Positions 14,238 to 28,047 of a DNA stretch of 64,000 nucleotides are shown here, piece by piece (within the stretch, counting starts at the first letter, position 1; each line of letters opens with the position of its first letter). A program made the translations under genes and the position numbers. Source of the stretch: the human T2T-CHM13v2.0 reference genome, Homo sapiens. The notes under the pieces were generated by a model. That model was not told the DNA's origin and made no database searches. It worked only from the letters and a program-made list of their open reading frames with translations. Where the stretch lies: NCBI RefSeq assembly GCF_009914755.1, contig NC_060932.1; one strand, written 5' to 3'.

Positions 14238-14857
14238 GGTAGTTTTTCAACCCCTGCCTACCTCTCTCTTTTCCCCCTTTTGTTGTCTTCAGTGTCTATT
14301 GGTTCCCATATTTATGTCCATGAGTACCCAATGTTTAGCTCTCACTTATTAGTGAGAACATGCAGTATTTAATTTTCTGTTTCAGTGTTAATTTGCTTAG
14401 GATAATGTCTTCCATCTGCATTCATATTGCTGAAATGGACAGGATTTAGTTCTTTTTTGTGGCTGTGTAGTAATCCATGGTGTAAAAATGCCACATTTTA
14501 TTTATCCAATCCACAGTAAATGGGAACCTAGATTGATCTCATGTCTTTGCTATTGTGAATTGTGCTGTGACAAACATGCAAATACAGGTGTCTTTGGTAG
14601 AATGATTTATTTTTGAAGGTGGGGGGGTATATACCCAGTAATGGGATTGCTTGATCAAATGGTAACTCTATTTTTAGTTCATCAAGAAATCTCCAAAATG
14701 CCTTCCACTATAGCTGAACTAATTTACATTCCCACCAACAGTGTATAAATGTTCCCTTTTCTCTGCAGCCTAGCCAATGTCTGTTATTTTGTGACTTTTT
14801 AATAATAGCCATTCTGACTGGGGTGAGATAGTATCTCATTGTGGTTTGATTTGCATT
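14238..14857 (-). mobile_element. L1 3' fragment (L1PB/old L1PA-like) lacking its poly(A) end
   Basis: ggtagtttttcaaccc, gtgagaacatgcagtattt, aatttacattcccaccaacagtgt, tagccattctgactgg. Confidence 0.9.
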
Positions 14858-15220
14858 AATTAAACACCTTTAGCAACATATTAGTAAACAATTTATCTTT
14901 ATTGAGTTTTACGGACTCAATTAATCCTGCCTAGTCTTCCTTAGTACTCTTAATATTTGTAATATAAGAAATGTTACTTTTATCACATAATTTATCCTTC
15001 ATTTTAAATGAACAAAACCAATATTGATTTCATTTTCAGCATTGAAAAGAAACAACTAGCATATCTTCTTTCATAATATGCAGTCTTGTGGTTATTCATT
15101 AATTCAATAGGTAAAGGGTCTTCCACATTTGGGAGTTTATACCACATTTGCTTGCTGCTAAGACACAATCTATTGGGTTTTCTTTACTTTCCTTTCTTTC
15201 TAGTTTTACAGGAAGGAGAT

Positions 15221-15645
15221 TGTATTAGTCCATTCTCACATTGCTATAAAGAAATACCTGAGACTGGATGATTTATTTTTTAAAAAGGTTTAATTGGCTC
15301 ATGGTTCTGCAAGCTCTGCAGGAAGCATGATGCTGGCATCTGCTTGTCTTCTGGGTAGTCCTCGGGAAACTTACAATAATGGTGGAAGGTGAAGGGGAAG
15401 CAAACATGTCACACGGCCAGAGCAGGAGCAAGAGAGAACCTGAGGTGTCACACACTTATAAATAGCCAGATATTAGGAAAATTCACTCACTAGTACAAGG
15501 AGAGTACCAAGGGGATGGCGCTAAACCATTCATGAGAAATCTACCCCCATTATCCAATTGCCTCCCAACAGGCCCCCCACCTCCAACACTGAGTATTACA
15601 ATTCAGCATGAGATTTGGGCAGGGAAACAGATCCAAACTATGTCA
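15221..15645 (-). mobile_element. MaLR solo LTR (MSTA-like)
   Basis: tgtattagtccattctcacattgctataaagaaatacctgagactgg...ccaaactatgtca; perfect 5-bp TSD gagat (15216-15220, 15646-15650). Confidence 0.92.
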
Positions 15646-15823
15646 GAGATAAGTTTAATTATACTCTAGTTCACGACCCATTACCACACTTGTTCCCACC
15701 AAGCACTCCCTTGTTTTACTTAATCCCTTTTATCCACTTCCCCCACTCCTTCTTGCCTCCTCAGCATGAACAGCCATTTTAATATGTTGAATATGTATCT
15801 TTTTGTTTGCATGTGTGCCAACT

Positions 15824-16370
15824 ATGACATATATTTCCTCACAGTCACTTCTTCCTTTAATCTGCCCACTTCTTCCACCTCAGTCAATGCTATAGCCCAG
15901 TGATTCCACTTGGGACTTTTAAATTCTCCCAGCACAACACAGTGAACCACACCATAAGGTATGGGATCTGTCTTCCCCAGAGACCAATTCCCTTCCTCAA
16001 CCTTAAAGTGAGGTACAGTTAATTCCCCATGAGAAAAATTTTGACCAATCGAGACAGGAGTTGTGAGTGACCTAGACAATTCTGTCTCCATTCCAATGTC
16101 CTATTGACTCTTCCAAAGCACAGTTTTTTTCCATGGTGTCTGTCCAGAAATGCCTTGCCAAGCACATACACAAGACACAAGAGAGACAAATTGTGCCTTT
16201 TTGTAACTCATCATGAAGAGGTAGCCAGAACAGGAATGCCTCACTCTGTTTTAGCATCCCTTGCTTCTCTGCCTCACTTCAATTTTTTTTGAGACTATAT
16301 CTTACAGTAAAGAATAAACACTTATAATTAGCTTCAGGCTCCATTTTGTAAAGTTATCAAATTGAGATAG
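15824..16370 (+). mobile_element. Possible old ERVL-type LTR (LTR16/33-like)
   Basis: Weak resemblance (tttgaccaatcgagacaggag; aataaa near the 3' end); family uncertain. Confidence 0.3.
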
Positions 16371-17982
16371 TATGCATTCTTGCAAATTGTAAATTATTCT
16401 GTTTGCATAAATTTTATTTACATAAGAATATTATGTTTCTTACTTGTTTTCACTCGACCCTTAATTTTTATTTAAATTCTACCCTTGTTGCTGTCTGTAC
16501 ATGAATTCCACTCTAGTTTGCATTGCTGCATTTTACACATCCACTTACCTTATGATGAATGTATAGATTTAACCCTCCAAATGCTTGCAACCACTAACAC
16601 CAATAAATATCTTCAAACTTGTCTCTGTCTCTGCATGTATGTGAATATATATGTAGGAATTTCTGTAAGGTTTACAGTCAGCAACAGAATTGCTGGACTT
16701 CTGATTCTGTGTATATTGAGTTCTTCAAGAGTGCTTCCTCTTTTTGTCTAATCCATGCATCAGTCTGCATTTCCCCTGGCAGTGTAGGGGAGGTCCACAA
16801 CATTGCCAACGCTAGGGAGTATGTAGTTTTCTAATATAAAGTGATGTTTTATTGTTGTTCTAACGTTATCACATTTTTCTTACTTCTAATAACACTGAAT
16901 ATTTTACTAACATATAAGCTATTTGAGTTTCTTCTTATATAAATTACCTTTTTATATATTTTATGGTTTGCCCAATTATTCCACTGAGGCGTATTTTTTC
17001 ATGTTGATTTGCAGAAATTCTTTATCTCTTCTGTCAGTTTTATGCACAACATACACTGTTATCTATGCATTAACTTTATTCAAGGTTTTCTTTAGTGAAC
17101 AGAATTATTATTTTGATGTAAACAAATCTCTTTCCTGCTGTCCCTACCCACACCTCACTTTCTCTGTCGCTCTTTGTGTTCACTTATTTGTCTCTTTCTC
17201 TCTCTCTTTCCTTATAGTTTGTGTTTCTGAGATCCCACTTAAGAATCTTGAAGTGATACCATCCAAAAAATATATTGTTCTAACTTTTTTTATAAAGTTT
17301 TAATTTTTCAATTTTTTTCTATTACATGTTTATATTTTACTTTTTATTTACTTATCATGCCTAATACATATGCGTTGTAAAGTAGGGAACCAGTGTTTGC
17401 AAAATATCTATTATGTCACCCAACCCTCCTTACTGATTAATAGAACTCATTTGTTTTAATACATATATGTAATAAATATATTTGTTTCTGGGGTTTCTAT
17501 CCTCTTACCTTGTTCTACTTGTCTCTTTATTTTCCAGTACAACAATGTTTTTATTATTAAGGCATTTTAGTAAATCCTAGGATGTTTATGACAAATTATT
17601 CTTTATCATTTTTTTCAGAAATGATGTTGTTAATTACAAATCTCTGCTCTTTCATATTGACTCTAAAGTAAGTTTATCATATTCTTCCAAAAATGTTGCA
17701 CTGGAATTTTTATTTGTATTATATTCATATTTTTATATTAATTTGAGAAAAATCTATATGATTAAAATTGTTTTCCATATAAGAACATGTGCATGTGCCT
17801 TATCCAGATCATCTTCTATGCCTTTTATTAATGCATAAAATTATGTATGTAAGAATCTTTTAATGTTAGCTAATTCCTAGATTTTTATTGAACTTTGCTG
17901 CAGTTGTAAATGATATCTTATTTAGATTATAATTTATAGTTGGCTATTATTAAAGTAAAATTATGTCTTTTTTGTAAGTTGA

Positions 17983-18306
<324 letters not shown>

Positions 18307-19388
18307 TATATTGCTAATAAACTAATATTATCTCATTGTTCTAATATTGTTTATGTATTATCTCTTCCCTTTCAATATTTATACTTATTGCTTCCTTTTG
18401 TTTATAATTTATGTCACTCCATGTTTCAGAATCAAGCATCCTATTTGAGTTGAGGTCTGTCACTAGCATAAGAATGATAAAACAGTTGTGCAGTTCTGGG
18501 TCACATGCATTTATTCCCAATTGAAATAAAATGCATCAAGATTTTATATGTGAAGTATAATGATTGCTATAAATTTTGGAACATAGTCTTAATGGAGATT
18601 AGGACATTCTTTTACATTTCTTTTTTACTAAAAGTGATTACCAAAACTTTTAGGTGTACAACTGTATTATATATTTTTCTTCATTAAAATATAAACCACT
18701 TAACTCATTATGTGAAATTAGTGTAATCAGGATTACAAAAAAATATATAGGAAACTAAAAACTATTTAGAGTTTATTTCACTACCAACATAGATACAAAA
18801 ATGTTACATGGCATATTTACTTACTGAATGCAAAGTATATTTAAGAAAATTACTATGTAAGAGATTTTACTCAGTTATTCAAGAATATAAGAATAAGTCA
18901 GAAGACATATCATCGTAATTCACAACATTAAAAAGTGTAATTGCATGTATGTTAATGAATGATAATATTCTGTACTTTTCTGTCCTTCTAATAGCTTTAT
19001 CAGGTTTGGCATTGGGCAATGCTGGCCTTGGGAGGTGAGTTAGAAAGTTTTTCTTCTGCTCCTATTTTCTAAAAGGGATGGTCGAGAATTGATATCCTTG
19101 CTTCCTTGAATGTTTGGGAGAATTCACCAGTAAACTATTTTGGCCTGGTCATTTGTTTTTTTGGAAGGGTATTAATTATTGATTCAATTTCTTTGATAGC
19201 TATTGGTCTACTCATATTCTATTTCTCCCTGTGAGTTTTGCCTATTTGTATTTTTCAAGAAATTTTTTCATTTTACCTCAATTATTGAGTTGGGGAACAT
19301 AGAGCTGTTTACTGTATTTTTTATCATCTTTTTAACATCCATGAGATCAGCAGTGTTTACTCTTCTTTCATTTACAATATTGGTAATT

Positions 19389-19710
<322 letters not shown>

Positions 19711-20779
19711 TAATTTGTATCTCCACTCTTTTATTCTTGTTAATTTGACTTTTCCAGTCATATTTATCTTTTCAGAGAAGCACAAAGTCACAGCCTTGAG
19801 ACACAGATCCAGCTTTTGTTTATGTTGATTTTTTCTATTCTTTTTCTGTTTTCAATTTCATTAATTTCTGCTCTAATTTTAGTATTTATTTCATTCTACT
19901 TTCTTTAGACTTAGATTTGTTTTACATTCCTAATATATTTTAGATATTTTTAAATCTGTTCCATATGCATTTAATCTTATAAACTCTGCTTATCAGCTCT
20001 GCTTTTACTATATCCCACATATTTTTATAAATTGCATTTTAATTTTTTATTTAGTTACAAATTTTGAAAACTTTTGTTGAGAACTCTTGACCTAGGTGTT
20101 ATTTAGAAGCAGGCTGTTTAATTTCAAAGCATTTGGGGACATTTCATCTATTATTCAGTTATTAAATTCTAGTTGAATTTTACCATAATCTGAGAATACA
20201 TTTTGTACAATTTCTATGATGGCTAGTTTTATGTGTCAACTTGACTGGGCCAAGAGGTGCCCCAATATTGGGCTAAATATTTTTTCTTGGCATGTTTGTG
20301 AGGGTGACTCTGGAAGAGATCATCATTTGAATTGGTGAATTGACTAAAGCAAATTACTCTCCCCAATGTGGATGGGTATCATCCAATCCACTTAGGACAT
20401 TGATCTTCCCCTGATCTCAATGCTCTTTGTTCTCTGGCCTTCAGACTCAGCATGGAATCTACACCATTGGTTTTCCAGCTCTCAAGCCTTTGAACTACAC
20501 CATCAGCTTTCTTAGGTCTCCAACTTGCAGAAAGTGGATCATAGGAGTTCTCTATACTATGGAGGCTCTCCATAATATCAGCCTCCTTAATTATGTGAGT
20601 CAACACCTAAGAGAAGTCTAATACATTTCTTTCTCTTCTTTTCCAAATTTAAATAGATAGACAGATAGATATTCTCTTGGTTTTGTTTCTCTGGCAAACC
20701 CCGAATAATATGGATTTTAGTACCAAGAGTTGTTCTACAGAGACTTAATTTTAATAATAAATTGAATTGATTATGTCAG

Positions 20780-23444
20780 TGTATTAGGCTATTCTTTCAT
20801 TGGTATAAAGAAATATCTCTTTGGGAGGCTGAGGTAGGTGGAACACTTGAGGTCAGGAGTTCAAGACCCAGCCTGGCCAACATGGTGAAACCAGCTACTC
20901 AGGAGGCTAAGGCAGGAGAATTGCTTGAACCCAGGAGGCAGAGCTTACAGTGCATCAAGATCACACCACTGTACTGCAGCTTGGGTGGCGAAAAGAGACT
21001 CTGTCTCAAAAACAAAACAAACAAACAAACAAACAAAACCTGAGACTGAGTAATTTATAAAGAAGTGATGTTTAATTGGCTTATAGCTCCACAGACTATA
21101 CAGGAAGCAAGAGACTGGCAGCTACTCAGCTTCTGGGGAGGCCTCAGGAAACTTCCAATTATTGCAGAAATCAAAGTGGGAGCAGATGTCTTACGTGGCA
21201 GGAGCAGGAGCAAGTAAGGTGCTACACACTTTTAAATAACTAGATCTCATAAGAACTCACTCACTATCAAGAGAACAGCAGCAAAGGGAAGGTGTTAAAC
21301 TATTCATGAAGGATCCACCCCCATGATCCAATTGTCTCCCACCAGGCCCCACCTCCAACATTGGGGATTATAATTTGTCATGAGATTTTGTGGGGACACA
21401 GATCAAAACCATTCATTCTGCCCCTGTTCCTTTCCAAATCTCATGTCCTTCTCACATTGCAAAATACAATCATGCCTTCCCAATAATCTCCAAAGTCTTA
21501 ACTGATTTTAGCATTAACTAAAAATGTCAAAGTCCAAAGTCTCATCTGAGACAAGTTCCTCCTGCCTATGAACCTGTAAAAACAACTTAGTTAATTTCAA
21601 GAAACAATGAGGGTACAGGCACTGGGTAAATACACCTCTTCCCAAAGTGAGAAATCATCAAAAGAAATGGGCTACAGGCCCCATGCAAACCCAAAACCTA
21701 GTAGGACAGTCATTAAATTTTAAAGCTCTAAAATAATCTCCTTTGACTCCAAGTCCCACATCCAGGGCACACTGATGCAAGGGGTGAGCTCCCAGGGTCC
21801 TCAGATGCGCCACCCTCATGGTTTTGCAGGGTTTCATCCCCAGTGGCTGCTCTCATGATATGCTGAGTGCCTGCGGCTTTTTCATTCTCAGGTTGCAAGC
21901 TGCCTGTAGATCTATCATTCTAGGGTCTGGAGGATGGTGGCCCTCTTCTCACAGCTGCACTAGGTAGTGCCCCAGTGGGGACTCTTTGTGGGGGCTCCAA
22001 CCCGACATTTCCCCTCCTCACAGCTCTCATATTCTCCATGAGGGCTCCATCCCTGTAGTAGGCTTCTGCCTGGTCACCTAGGCTTTTCCATAAATCCTCT
22101 GAAATCTAGGTGGAGGCTCAAAAGCCTCAACTCTTACACTCTGCACAACCACAGGCTTAAAACCACATGGAAGCTGCCAAAGACTTATCGCTTGCACCCT
22201 CTGAAACAGTGGCACAAGCTGTACCTGGACCCCTTTGAGCTGCAGCTGGAACTGGAGCAGCTGGGATTCTGGGAGCAGAGTCTCAAGGCTGTGCAGGGCA
22301 GCAGGGTCTTGAGCCTAGGAACAAAACCATTCAATCCTCCTAGGCCTCTGGGCCTGTGATGGGAGGGGATGCCCCTGAAATGCCTTTGAGGTTTTTTTTC
22401 CTGATTGTTTTTGCTATCAGTACTTGCCTTTCTTTTAGTTATACAAATTTCTGCAGCCTATTTGCATTCCTCCCCTGAAAATTGGCTTTTCTTTTCTACC
22501 ACATGGCCCAGCTGCAAATTTTCCAAACTTTTATGGTCTGCTTCCCCTTTAAATATAAGTTCCAACTTTGGGTCATTTCTTTGCTCACACATATGAGATA
22601 GGTTGTTAGAAGCAGTGAAGGCACATCTTGACTGCTTTGCTGCTTAGAAATTTCTTCCACCTGCTACCCTAAATCATCTCTCTCAAGTTCAAAGTTCCAC
22701 AGATTCTAGGGTAGTGGCACAATGCAGCCAAGTTCTTTGCTAAGGTATAAGAAAAGTGACATTTGTTCCAGTTCCCAATACCTTCCTCATTTCCATCTGA
22801 GACTTCCTCTGCCAGGAATTCACTGTCCATACCACTACTAGCATTTTGGTCACAACCATTTAGTCAGTCTCTAAGAAATTCCAAACTGGCCCTCATCTTT
22901 CTATCTTCTTCCAAGCCCCCCAAATTCTCCCAACCTCTGTCTGTTACTCAGTTCCAAAGTCACTTCCAAATTTTCAGGTATCTTCATAGCAATGCCCCAC
23001 TCCTCAGTAACAATTTTCTGTATTAAGCTATTCTCCAACTGTTATAAAAAAAAATACTTAAGACTGGGCAATTTATAAAGAAAAGAGGTTTAATTGGCTC
23101 ATGGCTCCACAGGCTATACATGAAGACTGATGCTGACATCTGTTCTGTTTCTATGGAGGCCTCAGGAAACTTCTGATTATGGCAGAAGGCAAATGGGGAG
23201 CAGACATCTTACATGGCAGCAGGGTGAGCAATAGGGTGAAGCAGGAGGGGCTACACACTTTTAAACAACCAGATCTCGCAAGAACTCACTCAGTAACACA
23301 AGAACAGCAACAAAGGGATGGTACTAAACTATGCATGAAGGATCTACCCCCATGATCCAATCATCTCCCACCAGGCCCACCTCCAACATTGGAGATTAAA
23401 ATTTGACCTGAGATTTGGTGGGGACACAGATTTAAACCATATCG
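20780..23444 (-). mobile_element. Complete MSTA-like MaLR element (LTR 20780-21415, internal 21416-23018, LTR 23019-23444)
   Basis: Two similar LTRs, ~1.6-kb MaLR internal sequence, polypurine tract aggggcagaa (minus) next to the left LTR. Confidence 0.9.
20819..21038 (+). mobile_element. 5'-truncated, internally deleted AluS inside the MSTA LTR
   Basis: ctttgggaggctgagg...gtgaaacc|agctactcagg junction removes the mid-linker; (caaa)n tail. Confidence 0.9.
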
Positions 23445-23891
23445 TGGAGTTTCAGGAGTTGGCTCTTTAAACTGATTAAATTTAAAGACACTAAGGACTC
23501 TATTTTCTTACTAGAAAAAAAAAATTGACATTTAATGGCATGGTCTGGCAATAGAGATATGCCAAATATTTGCATTAGATACACCGAATCAACCATTTAT
23601 AAGAAGGAAAGAGCTGAGTGACCATGTATGTGATACTTTCAAACAATTTTGGAAAACTAATTTAATAAGATTGGCTGGTTGCTCTTACTGTAGGTGAACA
23701 AAAAGTATTGAAAGAAAATTATGAGCTCTGGGATTCAAATTCTCAATTTAAGTGCTGTACAAATAAACTTAAAGTTTCTATGTGTGCCCTGAAGGAGAAC
23801 CTTATCTCCTATAGCCACAGAACTGATTTTATTAGAAATTAAATGCAAAATCAAGATCACTTTCTGCAGCTGGCTGAATTACAAAGCTATT

Positions 23892-23896
<5 letters not shown>

Positions 23897-23925
<29 letters not shown>
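23897..23925. repeat. (CA)n microsatellite
   Basis: Direct reading. Confidence 0.95.
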
Positions 23926-24275
23926 TTTTATTGGTTCTGTTTCTCTGGAAAAACCTGACCAAACTAATGCAGAGGTCTTAACAAATTTATTAGTATTCAT
24001 TTTATTTCCCGAATAACAATTCTGATAATAATCTAGTTCTGATGTTTGCTGTGTCTTTTCAGACCTCTTTTTTTTTGCTTGCCTTTTGCCATGTCCTGTA
24101 ATTTTACTTTGAAAATGGGGTCTTATTGTAGCAGGTAATAGAATTGAGGTAAATGGGTCTTGAGTGTGTGGATTTATGTTAATCTGACTATGATTTGTAC
24201 AGTACTTAACATTTGTTATAGCTGTAGGGGCCAGAGGGTTCAATTTATCTAGTGTTTTTGTTTTTATCTCTACTT

Positions 24276-25620
24276 TCTTTTTTTCCTTCCCGATTTTTAT
24301 TTTAGGTCCAAGGGACACATGTGCAGGTTTGTTGTTACATGGGTAAATTGTGTGCCACAGCGGTTTGGTGTACAGATAATTTTGTCACTGCTAAAAACTA
24401 ATTACCTAGTTATCAGATAATCTGTCTAATACCCTATAGGTAGTTCTTTTCAATTCTCACCTCCTCCCACCCTCCACCTTCAAGTGGGCCTTGGTGTCTG
24501 TTGTTCCCTTCTTTGTGTCTATGTGTACTCAATATTTAGTTCCCACTTATAAGTAAGAAAGTGGGGTATTTGGTTTTCTGTTTCTGCATTTATTTGCTTA
24601 GGATATTGTCTTCCATCTGCATTCATTTTGCTGCAAAAGACATGATTTCATTCTTTTTTATCTTATGTAGTATTCTATGGTATACCTGTCTCATATTTTC
24701 TTTATCCAGTCTATCATTGATTGGTATCTAGGTGGACACCATGTCTTTGCTACTATGAATAGTGTTGCAATGAACATACCCATGCATGTGTCTTTATGGT
24801 AGAACAATTTATATTCTTTTGGGTGAATACCAAATAATGAGGTTGCTGGGTCAAGTGGTAGTTCTCAGTTCTTTGAAAAATCTCAAGACTGCTTTCCAGA
24901 GTGGCTGAACTAATTTACATTCCCACCAGGAGTGTATAAGTATTCTCTTTTCTCTACAACCTCTCCAGCATCTGTTATTTTTTGACTTTTTAGTAATAGC
25001 CATTCTGACCGGTGTGGGATGGTATCTCATTTTGGTTTTGATTGAGCATTTTTTAATATTCTTGCTGGCTGCATGTATGTCTTCTTTTGAGAATTGTCTC
25101 TGCTCATGCCTTTGCCCATTTTTTAATGAAGTTGATTTTGCTTGTTGATTTAAGTTCTTTATAGATTCTGGACAGTAGACCTTTGTTGGATGCCTAGTTT
25201 GCAAATATTTTCTCCCACTTTGTAGGTTGTTTCTTTACTCTATTGGTGGTTTCTTTTGCTGTGAAGAAGCTCTTTAGTTCTATTAGATTCCAGTTGTCAA
25301 TTTTTGTTTTTGTAGCAATTACTTTTGGAGTTTTCATCATGAAGTCTTTGCCAGGGCCAATGTCCAGAATGGTATTTTCTATGTTTTCATCCCTATGTTC
25401 TATGTTTTCATCCATCTTGAGTTGATTTTTGTATATGGTTAAAGATAGGGCTCCAGTTTCAATCTCCTGCATATGGCTAGCCAGTTATCCTGGCACTGTT
25501 TATTAACGAGAGAGTCCTTTCCCCGTTGCTTGTTATTGTCAGCTTTGTGGAAGATCAGGTGATTGAGGTGTGTGGCTTTATTTCTGGATTCTCTAGCCTG
25601 TTCTACTGGTCCATGTGTCT
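24276..25620 (-). mobile_element. 5'-truncated L1 (L1PB/old L1PA-like)
   Basis: 3' UTR acatgtgcaggtttgtt; ORFs 24851-25204 and 25194-25472 encode ORF2 C-terminal motifs ([33 protein letters not shown]). Confidence 0.93.
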
Positions 25621-26777
25621 CTTGACTTTGGGCTTCTCTCAGTACTCTCCTTCTGAGAGAGTCTGCATCTTGCAGCTAGTTCAGCTGCAGTTCACCATTG
25701 TTATACTGGAGCACTTATAGTGTGGGGTTAAAATGTGGGGGAGGCCACCAAGTCTACAATCTTATAATAAAATTTTATGATAAAATCTCAGTCTTTTAGT
25801 GTGTCTTGAGGTTGTGACCTTCACCAGTATTTCTTCAGTGAAGAAATATAGCTTCCCTCCCCTTTGGTGAAACAAAAAGGCTATGGAGAGCCTGAATATT
25901 AGGAATATGTCTTCCCTAGGTTAGATAAGGCCCTGCTACACTATTTTTCCATGCACATGTATGTCTTGGTTGTGGACATCTCATCCCTCTCACTGCCAGA
26001 CAGGATCTTTCTTGGCATTATTATGTGAGAATCTGATGGGGTTTCTCGAAGTAAACTGAGATCACCACCCAAGACTGGGGGACACCCCATTCACCAACTG
26101 CTGCCCCCAGAGGTTTTCTCACTCTCATGGTAATCTACACACAGCCTATCGCCATTCATCAAAACTACCAGTTGAGTGTATCTATAAGTTTATGGCTTCT
26201 GCTCCAGGTAAACTGATCTCAGCTGTGACTCTGGATTTGCGGTGAAGTTTTTTCTCTAAGCTCTAATCCATGAAAGGTTTCAGAAAAGTCACTGGTCTTT
26301 AGTTTGTTTGACTTTTTCTTGTTTTTAGAATTAGAGTGACAACTTCACACTCTATACATGTTGGAGCTGAAGCTAGACTTCTTTATTCGTCTTACTTTTA
26401 TTCTTCTTGTTCTACCACCTTCTGAGAAAGATGTATTAAGATTTTCAGGTAAAAATGTTGATCTATATGTTTTTCTGTAGTGCTGTCAATTGTTCAGTAT
26501 ATATTGAGGCTGTATTCTGGGTTATGTTTACTGTGGTATATTTGTTTTTTAACAGTATTTCTCAACATTTCCCAATTTTATTTTGACAGAATGTAGGATT
26601 TCTAAAACATTGCTCTCCCCATATTGGCCTGGTTCATTGGTTTTAGTTTTGAACATTTGTCTGTCTTTTTTTTTTAAAGTACATCTTTTATAGAGAAAAT
26701 ATTATTGTATTTTAAATTTTAATCTGAAAACTATTACTTTTAGTTTATTTGACTTATATTATTTACTAACTGCCATA

Positions 26778-26862
26778 TTCTTATTTATTTCTGCCATCGT
26801 GTAGATATATACACCATATATATAGATAGATAGATATGTATGATGGCAGAAATAAATAAGAA
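26778..26862. repeat. Inverted repeat, perfect 21-bp arms with a 43-bp AT-rich spacer
   Basis: ttcttatttatttctgccatc (26778-26798) is the reverse complement of gatggcagaaataaataagaa (26842-26862). Confidence 0.95.
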
Positions 26863-27489
26863 CAAGCTCATAAAATATATATATTATTTTTCTATTTACT
26901 TCATTCTTTTCCATAGATAGATCAAATGTCTTTGTCTCAGTTTAAAAGTTACATATTTTGTTTTGTTTTGAAATAGATTTATTGAAACATAATTCACATA
27001 TCATATAATTCAACCATTTGAGGGCATACTGTTTTTATCTGTAAGTGGTGGCCTTTGATTTAAGATCCATTAATTAATTTGTAAAGATATACAATGTTGC
27101 TTTGAGATTGAACACTTCTGAATTTTAATTTTAATGACACTTAATGCCCATGTATTTCTACTAGAAAATAATTTCTCAATTTGTTTCATTAAAACAGCAA
27201 GAACTTACTTTTTTTTTAAAAAAAAGGAAAAAGAATAACTTACCAGATTCAATAATGACTGATATTGTATCTCCATTTTTCAAGGACAATTCTGTTCCTA
27301 GCTCTCAGGAGGAGTGATTTAATCTGTAACCACAAGAAGATAAGCATATCAGAATAAAGATAGCAATTGCCATACAAGAAACACACAAAGGGTCAATTCT
27401 TAATCAATACACAAGGGGATGTGAGAGAGAAGAAAGAGCATAGGATTTGACCTGGGAGATCTGGGTGCAGTTGCATCAAATATATACTA

Positions 27490-28047
27490 GTTAAATTAAA
27501 GGAGTGACCAAGTCAAGAGTCTCAGTCAATAGAGGTTTATTAAGCTAGAGCTTGAGGGCACACCCGGAAAAACACAAGTCACAGACATATCTGTGGCTGG
27601 AGTCATCTGAAGAGTTTCTCAGGAGGTTTATTATTTATACAGTTCCTTAAAATGGGTAAGACAGGAAGAAGGAGCAGTAAGGGAAAGAATGATTGATCTC
27701 ATCTTGTCTTTGTTCCACACCTGGGAAGATAAGCACTATCAGTGTGAAAATTAACAGAGGTTAGTTTTAGGAGCCACACTTAGATTGCAGACCTCAAGTT
27801 ATAATTGGCATGTCCTTGTTTTATGGGAGTATATGCGTCTTGAAAAATTTTGTGGCCAGCAAATCATCTGGAGATGCCTGAGTCCTTTTGCCTTTCTTTG
27901 GGGGTCTGGCTAATGGACAATGCTTTGATCAAAGTTCTGAAGTAAAAAAAGAAACAAACGTGAGCCATGTTGCATGATTCAGTGTCCTAGCTTAACTCTC
28001 TCTTTGGAAATGAGTTTAGGGACCTGAGATTTTTATTTTCCTTTATA
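27490..28047 (-). mobile_element. ERV1 MER4-group solo LTR
   Basis: Minus strand starts tataaaggaaaataaaaatctcaggtccctaaactca, a MER4-type LTR start; aataaa signal near the far end. Confidence 0.7.

Larger units (their letters stand above)
20215..23971 (+). mobile_element. MLT2/ERVL provirus relic: 5' LTR 20215-20712, internal start 20713-20779 and 23445-23896, 3' LTR tail 23897-23971
   Basis: LTR start tatgatggctagttttatgtgtcaacttgactggg; LTR end gtttctctggcaaaccccgaataat followed by gattttagtaccaagagt (ERVL internal start); second LTR end ggttctgtttctctggaaaaacctgac. Confidence 0.8.

Noticed and set aside
14005-14857. L1 3' transduction as the origin of the duplicated segment
   Set aside because: No poly(A) or TSD, the source copy is not downstream of an L1, and the copy is far less diverged than the L1
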